From: an uncultured delta proteobacterium
GTDB lineage: Bacteria > Desulfobacterota > RBG-13-43-22
Length of the DNA stretch: 64,000 nt
Direction of reading: 5' to 3'
NCBI GenBank assembly: GCA_963790475.1
Contig: CAWBOS010000012.1
Span: 864,001-928,000 of the forward strand
In this document: one piece after another, positions 39,923 through 51,293 of the stretch
Layout: each line of letters starts with the position of its first letter
Numbering within the stretch: position 1 is the first letter of the stretch
Made by a program: the position numbers and the translations under genes
Notes under the pieces: generated by a model
The model's database searches: none
The model's input: only the letters and a program-made list of their open reading frames with translations
What the model was told of the DNA's origin: nothing

Positions 39923-40735
39923 GCCGATTGGCTAAACGGTTTTCCTCTGGCGGCCATGATAAAAATGGGCTGGTTATCAAAGGAGGAAAACCGGATTAAA
40001 AAGTTACGAGCCCTTCTACACTTTTTTGGGGTAGCCGGTGTTAACGAATGGAAGGGGATTTGGGAAAAACCGCAAGCGGCCTACCGCAATTCAAAAGCCT
40101 TTCAAAGTAATCCCGCAGCCGTGAGCGCCTGGTTAAGAATGGGGGAGATTGAAGGGCAGAAGGTTGATTGTCAGCCTTTTCAACAGTGTTTTTTCCTTTC
40201 CGCATTACGAAAAATACGGTCTTTGACTCAAAAGGGTCCCGATGTGTTCGAACCGGCCATGAAGAAACTTTGTGCGGAAAGCGGCGTGGCCGTGGTCTTT
40301 ATCCCCGAACTCCCGGGAACACGCCTTTTTGGAGCCACTCGCTGGCTGAAACCTTCGAAGGCCCTCATCCAGCTCAGTTTGCCCGGCAAAAGCGATGACC
40401 ATCTCTGGTTCACCTTCTTTCATGAAGCCGGGCATATTCTTCTGCACGGAAAAAAAGAAGCCTATATCGAAGCCCAAGAGGGTGGTTACCAAGAAACCAA
40501 AAGGATTTCCAAAGAGAAGGAGGCCGATCTTTTTGCCCAGGAAATACTAATTCCCAAGGAAACCTATAAAAATTTTATAACCGGAAACGACTTCAGCCCG
40601 GATAGGATCTTACGATTTGCAGAACAGATAGGAATTGGTCCGGGGATTATTGTGGGACGACTTCAACACGATAATTTTATTTCCTTTTCACAGGGCAATA
40701 AACTTAAAAAACGGTTTCGATTTTCCGAAAAATAA
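39923..40735 (+). pseudogene. 5'-truncated HigA-ImmA/IrrE metallopeptidase (HTH lost)
   Basis: Frame starts ADWLNGFPLAAMIKMGW; GATRW, WFTFFHEAGH (HExxH), EKEADLFA, IIVGRLQ. Confidence 0.8.
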
Positions 40736-40816
40736 CCGGGGTTCAATAAGCGAAAGGCTGGTTCATGAAACAAACCGACAAGACTCATTTTTTTAAAAAA
40801 GAGATGGGGATTTTTT
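40736..40816 (+). ncRNA. Leader element copy 3
   Basis: cgaaaggctggttcatgaaacaaaccgacaagactcattt...gagatggggatttttt; close to copy 4. Confidence 0.45.
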
Positions 40817-40840
40817 AAACTATCTCTGATTGAGGTTCTT

Positions 40841-41389
40841 ATGAAATCTTTAGTGCCGGTAGAGGTTATTGAGAAAAAGATTTTATCGATTCGTGGTCAT
40901 AAAGTAATGTTGGATTCTGAATTAGCTGAGCTTTATGGAGTACCGACAAAAGCCTTGAAGCAAGCGGTAAAACGAAATATTAAACGTTTCCCGGATGATT
41001 TTATGTTTGCTCTTACATATCAAGAAGTTAGAAACTTGAGGTCACAAATTGTGACCTCAAGTCCATCCTCCTGGGGCGGGTCTCGCTATTCTCCAATGGC
41101 TTTTACCGAGCATGGGGTGGCCATGCTATCAAGTGTGTTGAACAGCGAAAGGGCCATAGAAGTCAATATATTAATCATAAGGGCATTCATAAAATTAAGG
41201 GAAATGATCGTTTCCCAGAAAGACCTGGTCCGACGATTGGATGATCTGGAGAAAAAGTACGATGGACAGTTTAAGATCGTCTTTGATGCTCTTCGATCTT
41301 TAATGGCTCCCCCGATGAAGCCTAAGAGAAAAATAGGCTTTGATCTCAAAGAAAAGCAGGCCCGGTATGGCAGGAGAAAGAATTCTTAG
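40841..41389 (+). CDS. ORF6N-domain (phage antirepressor-like) DNA-binding protein
   Basis: IRGHKVMLDSELAELYGV, QAVKRN..RFP.DFMF, AFTEHGVAMLSSVLNS, RKIGF. Confidence 0.93.
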   Translation: MKSLVPVEVIEKKILSIRGHKVMLDSELAELYGVPTKALKQAVKRNIKRFPDDFMFALTYQEVRNLRSQIVTSSPSSWGGSRYSPMAFTEHGVAMLSSVLNSERAIEVNILIIRAFIKLREMIVSQKDLVRRLDDLEKKYDGQFKIVFDALRSLMAPPMKPKRKIGFDLKEKQARYGRRKNS

Positions 41390-41485
41390 GATGGTATCCC
41401 AGACCAGATAGACTAAATAGACCAGGAAGGGTTGACTTTATCCGTTTGTTATGGTTTATATTATAAAAAACTAATTTTTGGCTTT

Positions 41486-41576
41486 AATGAGTCCGGCAAC
41501 CTCAACCCGAAAGGGCTGGTCATGAAGCAGTCCGACAAGATCCCATTTTTAAAAGAAGATGGGTTTTTTATTTTTT
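41486..41576 (+). ncRNA. Leader element copy 4, upstream of mod
   Basis: aatgagtccggcaacctcaacccgaaagggctggtcatgaagcagtccgacaagatcccatttt..aagatggg-T tract; TTGACT at 41432. Confidence 0.5.
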
Positions 41577-41738
41577 GGGATGGAACAATAAAAAAGTAAA
41601 ACTTTTGATTTATGTCAAAATCATTCAGATATGGAGTGAAAAGGAATGTGTTTCAGAACGATGTTCCTCCCCCTGTTTGCGATTCGGTGGACCATTGAAT
41701 CACAGGGAGCGATGACCTCAAGGAGAGAAGAGATTTAG

Positions 41739-44700
41739 ATGAGTCAACGATTCGAAAAACTGAAGAGCTTGCTCAAAGAATTATTCCAGCTTGACCAACC
41801 CGACCTGGACTTCGGATTCTATCGCATCATGCACGCCAAAAGCGGCGAAGTCTCCCAGTTCTTGGAGTGTGACCTTTTGCCCCAGGTAAAAGCGGCTTTC
41901 TCCCAGTACCGACCAGCGGACAAGGCAGTGCTGGAAAGGGAATTGGCCAAGGCCATCGAACAAGCGCAGAACTTAGGGGCTGATCCGGAATCATTGCCAA
42001 AGGTCAAAGATCTGCGGGCTAAACTGGCCGAAGATGCTGTAGACCTGAATGTACTGGAAGCTGAGGTCTTTGACCATCTCTACAGCTTCTTTCGCCGATA
42101 TTATTCCGAGGGAGATTTTCTCAGCAAAAGGGTCTATAAGCCAGGAGTCTATGCCATTCCTTATGAAGGGGAGGAGGTCAAGCTTCATTGGGCCAATGCG
42201 GACCAGTATTACATTAAAACCAGCGAGTATCTGCGGGACTATGCCTTTCGCCTGAGGCCCGAGTCCGAAAAAGACCCCATGCGGGTGCATTTCCGGCTGG
42301 TGGATGCCGCCGAGGGTGAACATGGCAATATCAAGGAAACCGAGGGCAAACAGCGGGTATTCATCCTTGCCGATCAGGATTTTATCAAAATTGAATCCTC
42401 CCCCACCATCGCAGGTGGGAGTAAGGAACTAATCATCCGCTTCGAATACCGGCCGGCAACGATCACTGATTGGCCGGAAGATGAACGAGAAGGCAAGTCC
42501 AAGCCACCCGCCCAGAAGGATCTAACTGCCTTGGCTGAAAAGCGGGTCCTTTCCCTCGCCTCCTTTGGGGGAGAGGGAGCCGCCTTCGCTCATTGGATAG
42601 CCGAACTGGAAAAACCCCATATAAAAGCCGACGGCGAGCGGGCCGACTACACCCGGTTGCGGGCACATCTCGATCGATACACCGCGCGAAACACCTTTGA
42701 TTATTTTATCCATAAGGACCTTGGGGCGTTTCTGCGCCGGGAGCTGGATTTCTACATCAAGAACGAGGTCATGCACCTGGACGACATAGAGAATGAAACC
42801 GCCCCCCGGGTCGAACAGTACCTTTCCAAAATCAAGATCATCCACCGGATCGCCGGGAAGATCATCGACTTTCTCTCCCAGCTTGAAGATTTTCAAAAAA
42901 AAATGTGGCTCAAGAAGAAGTTTGTAGTAGAGACACAGTATTGCATTACCCTGGCCTGTATCCCGGAGAGTTTTTATCCGGAGATCATTGCCAACGATGC
43001 CCAACGGGAGGAATGGGTGCGGCTTTTGGCCATCGACGAAATCCAAGACGACCTGTTGACACCGGGTTACAGTGTTCCGCTTAAGCCTGATTTTCTGAAA
43101 GCGTATCCTACGCTAATCCTGGATACACGGCTTTTTAATTCTAACTTTTCATACCAACTAATGCAGGCCATCGGCGATATGGATGAAAAGATCGATAGTG
43201 TGCTTTTCCACAGCGAGAATTTCCAGACTTTGGCATTGATACAGAAGCGGTATAGAGAGAAGGTAAAATGCCTCTATATGGACCCGCCCTATAACACTGG
43301 AAGTGACGGATTTGCTTACAAAGACAACTATCAACATTCAAGCTGGCTGACGATGCTGGACAACAGAATTGGGCAAACTCATAATTTATTGTCGACAGAC
43401 GGTGCTTTACTTTCAAGCATAGATGAAATCGAACAATCAAATCTTCACTTGATCGTGAATAGTATTTTTGGACTCACCAACCGCATTGGGACCTTAGTGT
43501 GGAAAGGGGCAACGGATAATAATCCAACAAGGATTGCGAGCGAGCATGAGTATATTGTCTGCTATGCCAAATCGATCACTGATTTAGAAGGACAATGGAG
43601 CACCTCTGATAACGAAACAAAGCAATTGATGCTTGACACATTTGAATCTATCCGAGCGAAAACGAAATCGATTGAAGAACGTGAAGAGCTTTTTCAAAAA
43701 TTTGCTAAAGAAAATCGAGAACGTTTAGGTGATCTTTACCGATACAGGCACGTAGATCAGCACGGGCCTTATGCAGCTCGGAGAAACTTGGAGAACCCCG
43801 GCAAACCCGGGTATGTATATGATGTTCTCCACCCTATCACGGGCAAGCCATGTGATAAGCCTTACTGGGGTTGGCGATTCCCCGAATCTTCTATGAGAAA
43901 CCTTCTCGATGAAGATAGGATCATCTTCGGCGTGGACGAAAAGAAGATCCCAGAATTGAAGGTTCACCTGCGAGATGTAACATTTCCGCTTCGTAGCGTC
44001 TTTTCCCTTGATGCGCGGAAAGGATCAAACGATCTATCTCGGCTTTTCGCTTCACGAGATGTATTTAAGAATCCAAAGCCAGTAGATCTTCTCGGGCACG
44101 TGCTTCCTTTTGTCGTTTCCTTAAACAACCTGGCGTTGGACTTCTTTGCTGGCTCCGGTACCACTGGCCATGCGATAATAAACTTGAACCGCGAGGACGG
44201 CGGGCGGCGCAAGTTCATCCTGGTCGAGATGGGCGACTACTTCGATACGGTTCTCCTTCCCCGCATCAAGAAGGTCACGTTTACGCCCGAGTGGAAGGAC
44301 GGTAAACCAAAAAGGTTGGCCACACAAAAAGAGGCCGAATACAGCCCGCGCATTATCAAGGTGATCCGCCTCGAATCTTACGAAGATACACTCAACAATT
44401 TGGATACTCGCCGTACCCCGGCCCAGCAGAGCTTGCTCGATCTGCCGCAGGCACAAGGACCGAATGGCCTCAAGGAATCATACCTGCTACGCTACATGCT
44501 CGACGTGGAGACGCGCGGCAGCCAGTCTTTGCTGAATATTTCAGCTTTTATCGATCCCACTGCCTATCGACTCAAAGTCAAACAACCCGGTTCGGATGAA
44601 AGCCGGGAGGTGAATGTCGATCTGCTGGAGACCTTTAACTGGCTGATCGGCCTGACCGTCTGGCATATCGCCGCGCCCCAGACCTTCAAGGCCGAATTCA

Positions 44701-45050
44701 AGCGTGATAAAGAAGGCCGACTCCGGATTAAAGGAACGATAAAGCAGGACCCCAAAGGTCCCTGGTGGTTTCGAGCCGTTACCGGAACCACGCCTGACGG
44801 CCGAAAGACATTGATCATCTGGCGGAAACGGCCGGGAGGTGATACGACCGAAGGGATCGAGCAGGATAATCTGGTTCTTGACGAATGGTTCGCTAAGCAA
44901 GGGTATTCCAGCAAAGATAGCGAGTTCGATTTGATCTATGTCAATGGGGATAATAACCTGGGAAACATCAAAACCTCCGCCGATACATGGAAAGTTCGTC
45001 TAATCGAGGAAGATTTCCACCGGTTGATGTTCGACACGGAGGGGGTGTGA
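41739..45050 (+). CDS. mod: Type III R-M adenine methyltransferase (long Mod type)
   Basis: [40 protein letters not shown] before [10 protein letters not shown] (beta order), [10 protein letters not shown]. Confidence 0.93.
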   Translation: MSQRFEKLKSLLKELFQLDQPDLDFGFYRIMHAKSGEVSQFLECDLLPQVKAAFSQYRPADKAVLERELAKAIEQAQNLGADPESLPKVKDLRAKLAEDAVDLNVLEAEVFDHLYSFFRRYYSEGDFLSKRVYKPGVYAIPYEGEEVKLHWANADQYYIKTSEYLRDYAFRLRPESEKDPMRVHFRLVDAAEGEHGNIKETEGKQRVFILADQDFIKIESSPTIAGGSKELIIRFEYRPATITDWPEDEREGKSKPPAQKDLTALAEKRVLSLASFGGEGAAFAHWIAELEKPHIKADGERADYTRLRAHLDRYTARNTFDYFIHKDLGAFLRRELDFYIKNEVMHLDDIENETAPRVEQYLSKIKIIHRIAGKIIDFLSQLEDFQKKMWLKKKFVVETQYCITLACIPESFYPEIIANDAQREEWVRLLAIDEIQDDLLTPGYSVPLKPDFLKAYPTLILDTRLFNSNFSYQLMQAIGDMDEKIDSVLFHSENFQTLALIQKRYREKVKCLYMDPPYNTGSDGFAYKDNYQHSSWLTMLDNRIGQTHNLLSTDGALLSSIDEIEQSNLHLIVNSIFGLTNRIGTLVWKGATDNNPTRIASEHEYIVCYAKSITDLEGQWSTSDNETKQLMLDTFESIRAKTKSIEEREELFQKFAKENRERLGDLYRYRHVDQHGPYAARRNLENPGKPGYVYDVLHPITGKPCDKPYWGWRFPESSMRNLLDEDRIIFGVDEKKIPELKVHLRDVTFPLRSVFSLDARKGSNDLSRLFASRDVFKNPKPVDLLGHVLPFVVSLNNLALDFFAGSGTTGHAIINLNREDGGRRKFILVEMGDYFDTVLLPRIKKVTFTPEWKDGKPKRLATQKEAEYSPRIIKVIRLESYEDTLNNLDTRRTPAQQSLLDLPQAQGPNGLKESYLLRYMLDVETRGSQSLLNISAFIDPTAYRLKVKQPGSDESREVNVDLLETFNWLIGLTVWHIAAPQTFKAEFKRDKEGRLRIKGTIKQDPKGPWWFRAVTGTTPDGRKTLIIWRKRPGGDTTEGIEQDNLVLDEWFAKQGYSSKDSEFDLIYVNGDNNLGNIKTSADTWKVRLIEEDFHRLMFDTEGV

Positions 45051-46243
45051 TGGCCCGAAAAACCATAGGCAGCGGCAAGGCCGGGAGGCCTGCCATGGTT
45101 ATTCCGTTGGAGGGGATAGAAGGGCTCTTTTCCCGGGTGGCAGCCATACTGGATCGGGCCCGGTCCAACGTAGTGCGCCAGGTCAACAGTGAGATAATTT
45201 TAGCCTATTGGCACATCGGGAAAGAAATCGTTCAGGAAATTCAGGGCGGAGATGAGCGTGCCGAATACGGCCTGCAGGTCATAGAACAGCTTTCCGCGAA
45301 GCTGACCCAAAGGTACGGGCGTGGTTATTCCACCACCAACCTGCGCTACTTTCGAACTTTTTACACGGTTTATGCCGACCGCATCCCCGAGATTCGCCAC
45401 ATTGGAGGTGGCGAATTGAAAACGCCCGAAAAACGCCACACTCAAAGTGGCGTTTTGGATGACATGGCCTTAGCGGTCGAACAATCCGGCGCCGAGCGGG
45501 GGTTTTCTCCCCATTTAGGCTGGTCGCATTATCGGGCCTTGATGAATGTTGAAAATAAAAACGAACGCCTTTTCTATGAGATTGAAGCAGAGAATGAAGG
45601 CTGGGAGGTCGAACACCTCAAACATCAGATCCATACCTTCCTTTTTGCAAGACTTCTCAAAAGTCGAAATAAGGCGGGCGTTATGGCGCTTGCCGGTCAT
45701 GGGCAAAAGATCACCTCACCGGCTGACACGATTAAGAATCCCTATATACTCGATTTTCTTGGGTTGCCGGATTCTGATGTTTTGCATGAATCTGAGATCG
45801 AAAAAGCGATTATTAACAATCTTCAGTCGTTCCTGCTTGAACTCGGCAAGGGTTTCGCCTTTGTCGGGCGTCAAAAGCGCCTTCAATTCGACGAGGACTT
45901 CTTTTATATCGATCTGGTTTTTTACAACTGCATACTGAAATGCTACCTGTTGATTGATCTCAAGATTGGTGAGTTGACGCACCAGGATGTCGGCCAAATG
46001 GACAGCTATGTCCGGATGTTCGATGACAAATACCTGACGGAAGGCGACAGCCCGACCATCGGCCTCATCCTTTGCGCCAAAAAGAACGAAACCATTGCCC
46101 GATATTCCGTACTCAAAGACAACAGACATCTTTTTGCTTCCAAGTACATGCTCTATCTGCCGACCGAGGAGGAACTTCAGCGCGAACTGGAGCGGGAACG
46201 ACAGTTGATCGAATCTCGGCAGGTAGAAGAGGGTGGCCGTTGA
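45050..46243 (+). CDS. YhcG/DUF1016 PD-(D/E)XK nuclease-domain protein
   Basis: [47 protein letters not shown]; TGATG coupling on both sides. Confidence 0.92.
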   Translation: MARKTIGSGKAGRPAMVIPLEGIEGLFSRVAAILDRARSNVVRQVNSEIILAYWHIGKEIVQEIQGGDERAEYGLQVIEQLSAKLTQRYGRGYSTTNLRYFRTFYTVYADRIPEIRHIGGGELKTPEKRHTQSGVLDDMALAVEQSGAERGFSPHLGWSHYRALMNVENKNERLFYEIEAENEGWEVEHLKHQIHTFLFARLLKSRNKAGVMALAGHGQKITSPADTIKNPYILDFLGLPDSDVLHESEIEKAIINNLQSFLLELGKGFAFVGRQKRLQFDEDFFYIDLVFYNCILKCYLLIDLKIGELTHQDVGQMDSYVRMFDDKYLTEGDSPTIGLILCAKKNETIARYSVLKDNRHLFASKYMLYLPTEEELQRELERERQLIESRQVEEGGR

Positions 46244-49200
46244 TGCCGAGAAGAAGGACCCGTACAAATTTTTCCGCAGCAGCCGCAGTCCCTCTGCCCA
46301 GCCGCCGAAGCAATAACCATTCGGCCCTGCAGTTTGCCTATAAGCTGGTTCTCAACCAATGGCTGCTTGGATTGTTCGAAGTGGAGCGTTTCGAGCAATT
46401 GGCCGAGCATCTGCGCGATGAAAAGCTGGAGGGTTTGGACGAGAATAATATCCATCGCCTCCACCACGCCCTTGCTGCGCACTTTCCGAATCTGCCGGAG
46501 CTGACCGAACAATGGCTGCTGGAGTACGATCAGAACATCGTCCGCCATACCCAACGCCTAAACGACCGACGAATCAGCCGAGGCGAGGCGCCCATTGTCT
46601 GGAAATATTTTCAGTATTTATCGCTGCTTTTTACTGAGATATACCTTGACCGCTATTTCAGCGATGCGCAGGCCCTGTTGTCGGATATCAATGGGCGCAC
46701 TGCTGCCTTCAACGAAGGTCATGAGGAGGGCGACCGGATCACGCCCTTCGATGAGACAGCCGAGGCCTGGCCGCAGCTCAATAAGTTGTCCTTCTGGATG
46801 GCTACCGGCAGCGGAAAGACTTTGTTGATGCATGCCAATCTTCTCCAATATCGTTTTTACCTGGAAAAACACAGCCGAACGCGTGATCTAAATCGGATCA
46901 TTCTTCTGACGCCAAACGAAGGGCTCTCCCAGCAACATCTGCGAGAGTTTGAGATAGCCGGAATCGACGCCGAACTTTTCAACAAAGATGGGCGCGGTCT
47001 GTTCGCCGGCCAAGCGGTTGAGATTCTCGACATCCATAAGCTCAAGGACGAGATGGGAGATAAAACCGTCGCCGTGGAAGCCTTCGAGGGCAACAATCTG
47101 GTGCTGATCGATGAAGGGCACCGCGGGACCTCCGCCGGCGACGAGGGGACCTGGATGCGTTTTCGTAATACCCTGTGCGAGAAGGGCTTTTCCTTTGAGT
47201 ATTCAGCCACTTTTGGACAGGCGGTTAAAGGCGACAAGAAACTTATTGACCTGTACGCGAAAAGTATTCTTTTCGATTACTCCTACCGCTGGTTCTACAG
47301 CGACGGGTTCGGTAAGGACTACCAGATCCTCAACCTGGACGAAACCACCCAACAGCAGAACTTGGATCTTTATCTCACGGCCTGCCTGCTCGCTTTCTTT
47401 CAGCAACAACGTCTCTATCGAGAACAAGGAAGTATCTTTCGACCCTTCCAAATCGACAAACCGCTATGGATTTTCGTTGGTGGCAGCGTCACCAAGACAC
47501 TGGCTACCCGCGACGCCTCGGACATTGTGGAAATCCTCAACTTTTTATCTCGGTATGTAGGTGACCGAGCGGGCAGTATCCAGCACATTGAGCGCGTATT
47601 AAACCAGGGGCTGGTGACCGACACTGGTCGAAACCTCTTTGCCGGGCGCTTCACCTATTTGAACACGGCAGGCCTCACGCCTGCACAAGTGTTTGACGAA
47701 ACGTTGACCACTCTCTTCAATGCACCGGGCGGCGGGCAACTCTACGTGGAGAATTTAAAGGGCGCTACCGGCGAAATTGCCCTGCGTCTCGGATCCGAAA
47801 ATGATTCCTTTGGGGTCATCAATGTAGGCGATGATACCAAACTGGTGAAACTGTGCGAAGAAAAGGGACTGGCTACCGGAGACCGGGAATTTTCGGGTTC
47901 GCTTTTCCATGAAATCAACCTACCGAGTTCCACTGTTAACCTGCTTATCGGGTCTAAGAAGTTCACCGAGGGTTGGAATAGTTGGCGGGTAGCCAATATG
48001 GGCCTGATGAACGTCGGCGCCACTGAAGGATCTCAGATCATCCAACTCTTTGGCCGGGGTGTGCGTCTCAAGGGTTATGGACAGGGCCTGAAACGTAGCC
48101 TTAAGACTCAGCTTCCAGAGGAAGTAACGCGCCCTAGGCACATCGAACTTTTGGAGACGCTTTCCATCTTTGGTATTCGTGCAAATTACATGGCTCAGTT
48201 CCGCGACTTCCTCGAAGAGGAGGGGCTGCCGACCAACGATGATCGAACCGAAATAATACTGCCGATCATCAAAAATCTGGGCACACAGAAACTCAAAACC
48301 ATCCGGTTCAAGAAGACCATTAACGGTGTTTCCACCGAGTTCGGGGATCCTTTCCGTAAGTTGGGGCCGATACCGACGCTCGGACCGCCGACCGATTACC
48401 TTCAGCGAAACCAGGTGGTTCTTAATTGGTACCCTAAGATACAATCACTTAAGTCCCGCGGAGTCACTGGCGGCGACGATGAGGCCGCACCGAACCAGGC
48501 TCACTTGTCTGTCGGTCATCTATCCTTTATAAACGTTGACGCGATATTCTTTGAGTTGGAGCGCTTTAAGGCCGAACGCGGATGGTACAACCTGAATCTT
48601 CCCCGCGAGATCATTGGGAAGCTGCTTCTAGACCAGAGTTGGTACCAGTTGCTCCTCCCGGCCGAGGAGTTGTCCTTCCATTCGTTCGACAACGTCCGGC
48701 TTTGGCAGGAAGTGGCAACCTCCCTACTAAAGAAGTACACCGAACGCTATTACAGTTTTCGCAAACGTGATTGGGAACTGCCTCACCTGGAATACCAGGA
48801 ATTGAGCGAGAACGACCCCAATTTTCTTGTCCGCGAGGCACAAGGCGAGTATGGGTACCGAATCCTCATAGAGGAGTCGGAGCAGGAGATTATTGAGAAA
48901 ATCAAAGAACTCAAAACGCTGATCGAGGCCGGGAATCTCCAGCCATGGGAATTCCGTGGCCTCAAAGCCATTTGGTTTGGCCGCCATCTTTATCAACCAC
49001 TGCTTTATCTCGACAAGAAAATCGTAGAAATAAGCCCGGAGCCGCTTAACAAAGGTGAGAAGCAGTTTATTGAGGACCTAAAGACCTTTCACGACGGCAA
49101 TGCCAAATTCTTCCGGGGCAAGGAACTTTATCTGCTCCGCAACCTGAGCAAAGGTCGCGGTGTTGGTTTTTTCGAGGCCGGAAACTTCCACCCTGATTTT

Positions 49201-49500
49201 ATCCTATGGCTCTTGTCAGGTGGAAAACAGCGGGTCGCTTTCGTGGACCCTAAAGGGATTCGCAATCTGGGTCCTACTGACCCCAAGATCCAGTTCTTTA
49301 GGTCAATAAAAGAAATAGAACAGCGTCTTGGAGATACTAAGGTTGTGCTCAATTCGTTCGTCGTCTCGAATACGCCATCGCATGTCATGAAGAAAAAGTG
49401 GAACATAGACAAGGAAACGATGCAAGCCCGGCACATTCTTTTCCAGGAGGAAGACCGGGATACCTATATCAGGGAGATGCTGACGGCCGTTGGTAAATAA
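46243..49500 (+). CDS. res: Type III R-M restriction subunit (SF2 helicase plus nuclease)
   Basis: [35 protein letters not shown]-terminal PDFILW...DPKG. Confidence 0.93.
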   Translation: MPRRRTRTNFSAAAAVPLPSRRSNNHSALQFAYKLVLNQWLLGLFEVERFEQLAEHLRDEKLEGLDENNIHRLHHALAAHFPNLPELTEQWLLEYDQNIVRHTQRLNDRRISRGEAPIVWKYFQYLSLLFTEIYLDRYFSDAQALLSDINGRTAAFNEGHEEGDRITPFDETAEAWPQLNKLSFWMATGSGKTLLMHANLLQYRFYLEKHSRTRDLNRIILLTPNEGLSQQHLREFEIAGIDAELFNKDGRGLFAGQAVEILDIHKLKDEMGDKTVAVEAFEGNNLVLIDEGHRGTSAGDEGTWMRFRNTLCEKGFSFEYSATFGQAVKGDKKLIDLYAKSILFDYSYRWFYSDGFGKDYQILNLDETTQQQNLDLYLTACLLAFFQQQRLYREQGSIFRPFQIDKPLWIFVGGSVTKTLATRDASDIVEILNFLSRYVGDRAGSIQHIERVLNQGLVTDTGRNLFAGRFTYLNTAGLTPAQVFDETLTTLFNAPGGGQLYVENLKGATGEIALRLGSENDSFGVINVGDDTKLVKLCEEKGLATGDREFSGSLFHEINLPSSTVNLLIGSKKFTEGWNSWRVANMGLMNVGATEGSQIIQLFGRGVRLKGYGQGLKRSLKTQLPEEVTRPRHIELLETLSIFGIRANYMAQFRDFLEEEGLPTNDDRTEIILPIIKNLGTQKLKTIRFKKTINGVSTEFGDPFRKLGPIPTLGPPTDYLQRNQVVLNWYPKIQSLKSRGVTGGDDEAAPNQAHLSVGHLSFINVDAIFFELERFKAERGWYNLNLPREIIGKLLLDQSWYQLLLPAEELSFHSFDNVRLWQEVATSLLKKYTERYYSFRKRDWELPHLEYQELSENDPNFLVREAQGEYGYRILIEESEQEIIEKIKELKTLIEAGNLQPWEFRGLKAIWFGRHLYQPLLYLDKKIVEISPEPLNKGEKQFIEDLKTFHDGNAKFFRGKELYLLRNLSKGRGVGFFEAGNFHPDFILWLLSGGKQRVAFVDPKGIRNLGPTDPKIQFFRSIKEIEQRLGDTKVVLNSFVVSNTPSHVMKKKWNIDKETMQARHILFQEEDRDTYIREMLTAVGK

Positions 49501-49550
49501 TGGCTTTCGAAGTCATTTCTTGAAGGTTCAGCTACATCGCTCTAAAAGAA

Positions 49551-49668
49551 GGGTCGGACCAGGCGAACGAACTCGAACCTCTAAGAAAAAGATGAAGGAT
49601 GAGGGTAAAAAATGCATTAGAACCTCATTCTTAGACTCCAAAAGACACTTCTAAGCCGGCAACGATTC
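49551..49668. repeat. Diverged direct repeat, copy 1
   Basis: gggtcggaccaggcgaacg...ttagaacctc...cttctaagc.ggcaacgattc; copy 2 at 50811. Confidence 0.75.
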
Positions 49669-49954
49669 CCAAACCGGAAGAGCTATAAGGGTATCAGAAA
49701 GAAGAAAGTTTTACCGAATGATCTTAAGACATCCATTGGATGGAATTGGAAAGGGATGACGACTTCTAAATTCGCCACTTAACTTGTGGCGAATTGGATA
49801 TAGCGGGCCGGGCCAGTCAAAGGGATTGAAAGCCCGGGGAGCTAAATGAAAATGAGGGGTAGAAAAGAAGCTTCTGAACAGAACATCAAGGCTATGGGCA
49901 GGGTTATGTTGCAGCGCACCCTAAAGTGAAATGTTTTCGAAAGGAGGGTGTTCT

Positions 49955-50150
49955 ATGAAGAGGAGTGTCATATCCGTTCCCGGCAGGGATGTGCCTGTGT
50001 TGGCGGATGCCGACGTCGTAGTCGCGGGAGGCGGCCCTTCCGGATTTGCTGCGGCAGTCACGGCGGCACGAGCGGGACTGCAGGTAATCCTCATCGAGCG
50101 CTACGGTTTTCTCGGCGGACTGGCCACAACCAGCACGGTGGGAACTTTCA
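49955..50150 (+). pseudogene. N-terminal fragment of FAD-dependent oxidoreductase
   Basis: AGGAGG RBS; DVVVAGGGPSG..AA..AAR.G...LIERYGFLGG, then homology stops after about 65 codons. Confidence 0.8.
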
Positions 50151-50315
50151 GGCAGAACATCAAGACCAAGAGTCGCTTGGCTGGCACATATGACATCCGC
50201 ATCTATCCTCTTAGACGAGGATGGAAGATGGTGTGGTCATTCGTCGGCGAGTTGGCGGAAAACAGGTCCTGTTCCATTAGGGACCATGCTAAACTAGACC
50301 AATGAGGAGGTGTTT

Positions 50316-50750
50316 ATGGTTTATCTCGATTCATCTTGTTCCCGGTGGTCGTCGCGCATCCTGAGCGTCCTGCGGATCATTACGGCATTCCTCTTCATGC
50401 AGCATGGGGCCCAGAAGCTCTTCGGCTTCCTTGCCCCTCAGCAGGCATTGTCGCCTCCGCTGTTTTCTCTGATTGGCTTGGCCGGGGTGCTGGAGTTTTT
50501 CGGCGGGCTGCTTCTTTTGCTCGGGTTATTCACCCGTCCCGTGGCGTTCATCCTATCAGGGGAAATGGCCGTGGCCTACTTCATGGTGCACGCGCCGAAG
50601 GGATTCTGGCCCATTAGGAATGGAGGGGACCTGGCCGTTATCTCGTGCTTTGTGTTCCTTTATCTGGTTTTAGCTGGAGGAGGGGCGTGGAGTGTGGATC
50701 GCCTCTGGAGGCGAGACAAATCTTCACACAATTCCAGCGCCGGATTTTAA
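50316..50750 (+). CDS. DoxX family membrane protein
   Basis: LRI...FLFMQHGAQKLFG, EFFGGL...GLFTRPVA, GGGAWSVD. Confidence 0.92.
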   Translation: MVYLDSSCSRWSSRILSVLRIITAFLFMQHGAQKLFGFLAPQQALSPPLFSLIGLAGVLEFFGGLLLLLGLFTRPVAFILSGEMAVAYFMVHAPKGFWPIRNGGDLAVISCFVFLYLVLAGGGAWSVDRLWRRDKSSHNSSAGF

Positions 50751-50810
50751 GAGATTTCCGGGCATGACAAGGAATAGAACAGACCCGGCAGTATTGTAAG
50801 AGTAAGAAAG

Positions 50811-50926
50811 GGGTCGGACCAGGCGAACGGATTGGAACCTCAAAAAAAGATAGGAACTGAACTGCAAAGAGTGCCTTAGAACCTCCTTTTTAGTCCCAAA
50901 AGAAGCTTCTAAGCTGGCAACGATTC
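50811..50926. repeat. Diverged direct repeat, copy 2
   Basis: First 19 nt identical to copy 1, with further conserved blocks. Confidence 0.75.
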
Positions 50927-51293
50927 AGCAACCCTTGGAACAGATCCTCCGAATCTGGTCATTTGATTTTAGGCCCCGATCATAATTTTTGAGGAGCATT
51001 TAATACCTTTCTTTAATGAAAAGACGTTGTTTTCCCATCCATATTCTTAGCCGCCCTGATCGTTCTGGTCATCCGGTTGATTCCAGGCCGTTTCCTTATG
51101 GGTGGGGGTTTCTTAGATCACTCTTAGGTATACCCGCGTGATCTTTTGGATCCGAGAAGATGAGCCGGAGGTGTCTGTGGTAGTATCAAAAGGAAGGAGG
51201 AGGTGGTCTGATTTACAACTGAAGCGATGTGATCTTTGAACCTGTGGAGAATAGTACATTTCTGCTTTACTTAATTCTTGATGGAGGAAAAAA

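Noticed and set aside
41490-41540. SAM-I or c-di-GMP-I riboswitch (ggcaacc, gaaaggg, atgaagc fragments)
   Set aside because: Motif order and core helices do not fit either consensus.
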